UHGV virus genome: UHGV-0390443
Reading direction: 5' to 3' (one strand)
Length of the DNA: 39,252 nt
Source: a virus
In this document: positions 35,025-39,252 of the stretch, piece by piece
Numbering within the stretch: the first letter of the stretch is position 1
Layout: each line of letters starts with the position of its first letter
The notes under the pieces: generated by a model
Told to the model about the DNA's origin: nothing
The model's input: the letters and a program-made list of their open reading frames with translations, nothing else
The model's database searches: none
Program-made: the position numbers and the translations under genes

Positions 35025-35812
35025 CACTTCACCTCCTGCGGCGGTTCTGGTAGTTGCATCCAGTGTGATGGTATCCACGACGCACCAGGAATTATCCACC
35101 CATCATTAGCGTCAGGATGCCCAGGGATGTAAGTCGCCCATTTCATTCGCCAGTCACCTTTCCTGTCAAACTCCCTGGCAACAAGAACGGCTGTTTTGCT
35201 ATCCGGCATTAGATCACTACAGCTTATCCAACCATCCGGAGTTACCGGATAGTTGCCCGATAGCGCATTACGCAATCGCTCCAGCTTCACGTATTCCTGA
35301 ACCCTGTTTCCGTCGCATGCCTGAAGCCATTGCGCAGCCTTTTGCGCATCAGTGTGAAAGGCACAAGTGCGACCGTCATCAAATTGCATTTCGTAGAGGT
35401 CAGCAACTTGTTCAAACTGCGTGTGTTGTGACTTGTAAGTTTGGCTTACAGGTTCGGCACCATGAAGCATGGCGGCGCGGCAGGCGTTCCAGCCTCTCAC
35501 CTCTGCAATAGCGGCAACAGCATCGACCGCGTACATTTTAAGAGGGTTAGGCATTGGTTTTTCTTCAGGTACTACTGGCACTGGAGGGGCGGCATAAACA
35601 GGAATAACGTCCGATTGCTCTTTATTGCTTTCATCCGTTAAAGCCCAGAATAATTTTCCAGCCGGATGTTTGAAAATATAAGCAACTGGATCTGCTTCCA
35701 GCGATGCCAGTGCAATTTCATAAGCACGGCGCTCAATATTGTCTCGAACGTCCAAGCTGCCTATGCGCTCTTTGATTTCTTTAATCAGTTCTTTGTCGGT
35801 GAAAGTGGTCAT
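35024..35812 (-). CDS. DUF551 domain-containing early protein
   Basis: ATG 35812 with RBS AAGGAG; C-terminus GWISCSDLMPDSKTAVLVA...SHWMQLPEPP matches DUF551 signature ending. Confidence 0.6.
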   Translation of the reverse strand: MTTFTDKELIKEIKERIGSLDVRDNIERRAYEIALASLEADPVAYIFKHPAGKLFWALTDESNKEQSDVIPVYAAPPVPVVPEEKPMPNPLKMYAVDAVAAIAEVRGWNACRAAMLHGAEPVSQTYKSQHTQFEQVADLYEMQFDDGRTCAFHTDAQKAAQWLQACDGNRVQEYVKLERLRNALSGNYPVTPDGWISCSDLMPDSKTAVLVAREFDRKGDWRMKWATYIPGHPDANDGWIIPGASWIPSHWMQLPEPPQEVK

Positions 35813-36164
35813 ATCACTCTCCTTTAGTGCGAAAGTGGTTTTTCCAGCGGTTTTGTGCTGCGCTTCTGTTTCGCCAGACACCGTAAAAACGAATAGAGGA
35901 ACACCCCCTAAAACCCAGATATCTATAGTAAATAACAAGCCGATTTGAGATACGGATACGCTGCCCCGGCTTTGCTATCAGCATCTTTGCCTTACGGTTT
36001 TTCATCGCACTGCGTACCCCTTCTCTCGTCTGTTCCGCGACGCGGTGGGTTTATAGTTAAATGCGAATACCACCCTACCAAACATGCCGATCACCGCCCG
36101 TTTGTGATTGCTGATTGGTAGCTTCTCGTACCCCGTCGAACGCGATAAAAGAAGTAATTTTGCC

Positions 36165-36890
36165 TTACGGTTTTTCATCGTTTTGTTCTCCTGCGTCTCC
36201 TTTGATGCGAATGCCAGCGACGCGGATTGCAGCGATGACTTCAGAAACTTTGTATGCCATTACCGTTTGGTAATCCTCGTTAAAATCTGTTCGATGAAGC
36301 ATACTGCTACGTTCCGGGAGCAGTATTTCCCGCGCTTCCAGTTCTGCTATGCGCTTCTCTGCGGATTCCAGCGCCGCAACCAATTCGTCTACAGTTCCGG
36401 CAGCTTGCAGTGCGTAATCGGTAATAGCCATCTCATGATCAATTTCAGTACCGTTCTCATTCGTTGAGGTGATAGCAAAATAATCAGAGTCGATTTCGTT
36501 ATCAGCTAAGTGGCGTAGCGTATCGGCAACAAGCCGGCCGTTTTCGATTAGCAGCTTCCCTACCGTTAGCGCAATATCCTCGTTCTCCTGGTCGCGGGAT
36601 TTGATGTATTGCTGGTTTCTTTCCCGTTCATCCAGTAATGCCAGCACGGTAGCTGGATTGGCTGCGGCGATGAATTCAGCATTGGCCTGCTGTTCCATTT
36701 GGAAATCTTCATAGAAACGGCTTTCTGGATGCGCTCCTTCAATTCTGCAAATGGGAATATATCCAGCAACCTCGCGATGAATTAGTGCATCATCACCATC
36801 AAATCGTCCCTCTCCATATTCGAGCGACCACACACCACACGTTGCTTTCTCTGCCTTAGCACGCAATGCCTGATAGTCAATCTTGCTCAC
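36165..36890 (-). CDS. Ead/Ea22-like family protein
   Basis: Motifs IDYQALRAKAEKAT, NAEFIAAANPATVLALLDE, AEKRIAELEA; GTG 36890 preferred (RBS AGGAGG) over ORF-track 36923. Confidence 0.6.
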   Translation of the reverse strand: MSKIDYQALRAKAEKATCGVWSLEYGEGRFDGDDALIHREVAGYIPICRIEGAHPESRFYEDFQMEQQANAEFIAAANPATVLALLDERERNQQYIKSRDQENEDIALTVGKLLIENGRLVADTLRHLADNEIDSDYFAITSTNENGTEIDHEMAITDYALQAAGTVDELVAALESAEKRIAELEAREILLPERSSMLHRTDFNEDYQTVMAYKVSEVIAAIRVAGIRIKGDAGEQNDEKP

Positions 36891-37504
36891 TGGTTGCCTC
36901 CTTTGCGAAGCTGCTCCGCACAATGCAGCAGGGCGTCCGTCGCTTCTTTCACCGTAACGATGTCGCCATCGTCCAGCCCGGCAACCGTCGCGTCCTTAAC
37001 GAACACCGAGCAAAGGTCATTAAACGCCTGCGCCCGTACTTCAGCCAGGAAAGCATCGGTGGCTGGGGTTTCGACATTAGGTCGAAGCTCATAATCACAA
37101 ACTCTTTCAATCCATGGTGATACTCTGTCGCATTTCCTCTTCTTGCGTTCACCGACCTTGGTTGCCTGCTGAATAATTACCCCCCAGCAAATGCTTTCGA
37201 CCTCTTCGCTCCATCCATCGCAAGCATCGCCTCTATAGTCGTCAATTGCAGCCTCAGCAGCAGCGATAGCCTCCTCAGCAGTTTTGTGACACTCGAAACT
37301 AAATTCAGAGCCATATGAGAAATACATAGCCCCGGCCTTCAGTCTTGCATTCTCCGCCGCCAGCGCATTAGCACGCGCCAGTTGCACTTCCAGTTGCGCT
37401 GCCAAACAGCGAACAAGCACGGATGGTGCGCCTGTCATGTCGTCAGCTAACGCATGCCCTGATGCCACTAAATCTTTGATCATACCTTCAGCCATACTTT
37501 CCAT
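36887..37504 (-). CDS. Hypothetical early protein (205 aa)
   Basis: ORF track; Ala-rich coiled-coil-like N-terminus. Confidence 0.5.
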   Translation of the reverse strand: MESMAEGMIKDLVASGHALADDMTGAPSVLVRCLAAQLEVQLARANALAAENARLKAGAMYFSYGSEFSFECHKTAEEAIAAAEAAIDDYRGDACDGWSEEVESICWGVIIQQATKVGERKKRKCDRVSPWIERVCDYELRPNVETPATDAFLAEVRAQAFNDLCSVFVKDATVAGLDDGDIVTVKEATDALLHCAEQLRKGGNQ

Positions 37505-37565
37505 CTTTACCCTCGCTTATCCACATAACTTATTGATTACATTGATAACTAAAAAGATCGTCGAT

Positions 37566-37910
37566 TCAGAACTCTTCGATGTTCCAGCCACCACCTGCTT
37601 TCTTTGGTTTAACCGTTACCCCGATGATTCGGAACGGATACTGATCTGCGGCGACTTTGGTTTTCACCCTGGCGTCGTCGGTCCAGAAACCTTTCACTTC
37701 GTGCAGTTCCATCTCGCCGGTGGCGAGCATCACAGCAAAATCGGGCGTATAGAACGTGTTGTCAGCTAACCGCAGCTTGATACCCTCAAATCGATACCAG
37801 ACGATTTCTCCTGCACGTTTACGCAGCTCAAGGTGCTGGCAATACGCAGATTCTGTTTTGTTCATCTGTCCTGTTTTGAGTCGACCAAGAGCCTGTATCT
37901 GTTTTCTCAT
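37566..37910 (-). CDS. DUF1064-like protein, predicted PD-(D/E)XK nuclease fold (possible resolvase)
   Basis: 114 aa; YTPDF and ELHEVKG motifs consistent with a D...ExK active site. Confidence 0.55.
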   Translation of the reverse strand: MRKQIQALGRLKTGQMNKTESAYCQHLELRKRAGEIVWYRFEGIKLRLADNTFYTPDFAVMLATGEMELHEVKGFWTDDARVKTKVAADQYPFRIIGVTVKPKKAGGGWNIEEF

Positions 37911-37913
37911 GAT

Positions 37914-37990
37914 TTACCTCTGAGGTAATTAAAAACCACATAAGACACGAAATCAATAGATTTTAGAATATTTTATTACCTAACAGGTAA
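37914..37990. promoter_or_regulatory. Two operators TTACCTCTGAGGTAA (37914..37928, overlapping the RBS of 37566..37910) and TTACCTAACAGGTAA (37976..37990)
   Basis: Perfect dyads in the P-like/DUF1064 intergenic region. Confidence 0.55.
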
Positions 37991-38027
37991 TTATCGAAAC
38001 GTAAAAAAATGCGCTATCGCGCTGGTA

Positions 38028-38828
38028 TTACTTGATAAATCCTGCCGCCTTTCCTCGCCTGTATTCCTCCATCAGCCACTGCGCCGGTGTTATTCCCCCA
38101 AGGGTGGCGGCGTTAGGCATGCACCCGAAACTTCGCCCTGGTGGATGGTAAACGTCTCTCCCTGTGTCCGGAGGCGTACTCATGGGTTCTGGCTTTGCCT
38201 GTATGCTGATCACCGGATCGGGTATCTGCTGTCCGGAAGCCACCTTTTTCGCCCAATCATCGAGCAGCCTGCGCGCGTGTTTCTCAACCTCTATCTCGCT
38301 AAGCTGGCGCTGATACATTGCACGGCGGGTATCACATACGACCCAGTACATAACCGGATGCCGCCACGGGAATCTTTCGGGACCACCAGGATATAAACTT
38401 TTTTCCTTGCTGTACCGGTGAAACTCCGTCATCACATCGTCAATGGTGACGCCAAGAACCATCTTGCTGTCTTTGCACCACTTGATGAATTGCCCTGGCG
38501 ACGGCCAGAACGGAGAATCACTGGCGCGGGCGTGGCGCATACCAGCAGAAACCTGTTCACGGGTTCGGATCCCCCCTTCGGCAAACGCAGCAATCCACTG
38601 CTGTTTTGCAGCAACTTCCTGCTCTGGCGTCTTCAGGTTGGTTACCACTGCCGCCGGAAACAGTTGTTTCAACTGTTTGAAAAGGGCATCAACAAGCCTC
38701 TCTGCTGACATGTTCACTACGTTGTCATTGTTGACGTACTGATGCTCATAACCTGACATGCGAGAAAGGGCTTCTCCGTCACGGTTTTGTATTGCGGTAA
38801 AAACGTTGTTCACAAGAAATCCTCCCAT
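38028..38828 (-). CDS. Lambda P-like replication protein (helicase loader)
   Basis: 266 aa; EQVSAGMRHARASDSPFWPSPGQFIKWC...LYPGGPERFPWRHPVMYWVV resembles my recollection of lambda P (MEQVNAGMRVARRQNRPFLPSPGQFVAWC...); start overlaps O-like stop. Confidence 0.7.
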   Translation of the reverse strand: MGGFLVNNVFTAIQNRDGEALSRMSGYEHQYVNNDNVVNMSAERLVDALFKQLKQLFPAAVVTNLKTPEQEVAAKQQWIAAFAEGGIRTREQVSAGMRHARASDSPFWPSPGQFIKWCKDSKMVLGVTIDDVMTEFHRYSKEKSLYPGGPERFPWRHPVMYWVVCDTRRAMYQRQLSEIEVEKHARRLLDDWAKKVASGQQIPDPVISIQAKPEPMSTPPDTGRDVYHPPGRSFGCMPNAATLGGITPAQWLMEEYRRGKAAGFIK

Positions 38829-39252
38829 GCTTCAGGGCTGTTCCAGTGCGGAACGTTGTTATCAGGTAATGTTGATTGCTTCTGTCTGCTAATCTGCAGC
38901 CGCCTTGCCAGCTTCTGCTCCCACTGCGCCTGATGGTATGCCTTACCCTCAGCCATCCAGTAAATTCTGAACTCTGCAAGTTCCTGTGCCGTTGGCAGAC
39001 TGTCCAGGTAGATCCCCTGCAATGAGCTTTTCCGAAGAAAGTCATCTGATGGTTGCCATTGTTCATGCATGACAAATTTGCCTAATTGCCCTGGCCCACC
39101 AGGAGGAACAAAGTTATTCATCACGGCGTTGTTTGCGCCGGGGTCATGAGGCACAGAATCCCCGGTTTTTGTCCTGCTCTCCCTCTCTTGGTTAAATGAC
39201 TGGTTATATGACTGGTTCTGGATCCCGTTTTTGGGATCATTCAACATCCCGT
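38810..39252 (-). CDS. Replication initiator, lambda O-like, C-terminal part (gene starts at 397 and crosses the junction)
   Basis: ORF 38810..39247 is in phase with the minus-strand frame of 1..397; iteron-encoded PKNG/MLND repeats then C-terminal domain. Confidence 0.7.
   Translation of the reverse strand, partial: GMLNDPKNGIQNQSYNQSFNQERESRTKTGDSVPHDPGANNAVMNNFVPPGGPGQLGKFVMHEQWQPSDDFLRKSSLQGIYLDSLPTAQELAEFRIYWMAEGKAYHQAQWEQKLARRLQISRQKQSTLPDNNVPHWNSPEAWEDFL
39190..39252. repeat. Origin repeats: GGTTA(A/T)ATGACT direct repeats and first 24-bp iteron copies, continuing at 1..142
   Basis: Direct repeats seen in sequence; unit phase preserved across end-to-start junction. Confidence 0.7.

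Noticed and set aside
39241-39252. Apparent missing base in the displayed last line (11 characters shown for 12 positions)
   Set aside because: Treated as a display artefact; ORF-track coordinates (ATG at 39247..39245) and iteron periodicity are only consistent with the sequence TCAACATCCCGT for 39241..39252.

Overview
The window reads as a complete, circularly closed ~39.25 kb temperate phage genome of enterobacterial type. The last bases continue in phase into the first bases through a 24-bp iteron array, and a lambda O-like replication initiator gene spans the junction (minus strand, start at 397, stop at 38810). Organisation: a lambdoid-like switch region (Cro-like gene 764..994 on the minus strand, divergent tandem-HTH repressor 1149..1733 on the plus strand); a plus-strand early operon (RecE-like exonuclease, RecT, AlpA-like, MT-A70 methyltransferase) converging on a tyrosine integrase; and one long minus-strand transcription unit running O, P-like helicase loader, Ea22-like/DUF551/DUF1064 early genes, then terminase, portal, scaffold, HK97-fold capsid, T7-like tail tube and internal virion proteins, an 846-aa tailspike with C-terminal chaperone domain, and a holin/GH19 endolysin/spanin cassette. 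Size and gene order resemble epsilon15/phiV10-like podophages; this is an inference from memory, not a search. Accessory content: a tRNA-Arg(UCU), a gp49-like moron, and a low-GC moron island (11.9-15.4 kb) carrying a LexA-box-controlled small antirepressor-like gene, a Bro-N antirepressor, and four uncharacterised genes (small protein plus membrane protein operon, a cytoplasmic protein, a secreted protein). The most notable sequence-level signal is a family of at least 12 TTACCT-N4-GGTAA dyad sites at intergenic promoter regions around the genome. All product calls rest on motifs I recognise by eye; no database search was run. The displayed last line is one base short of the stated length; ORF-track coordinates were used.
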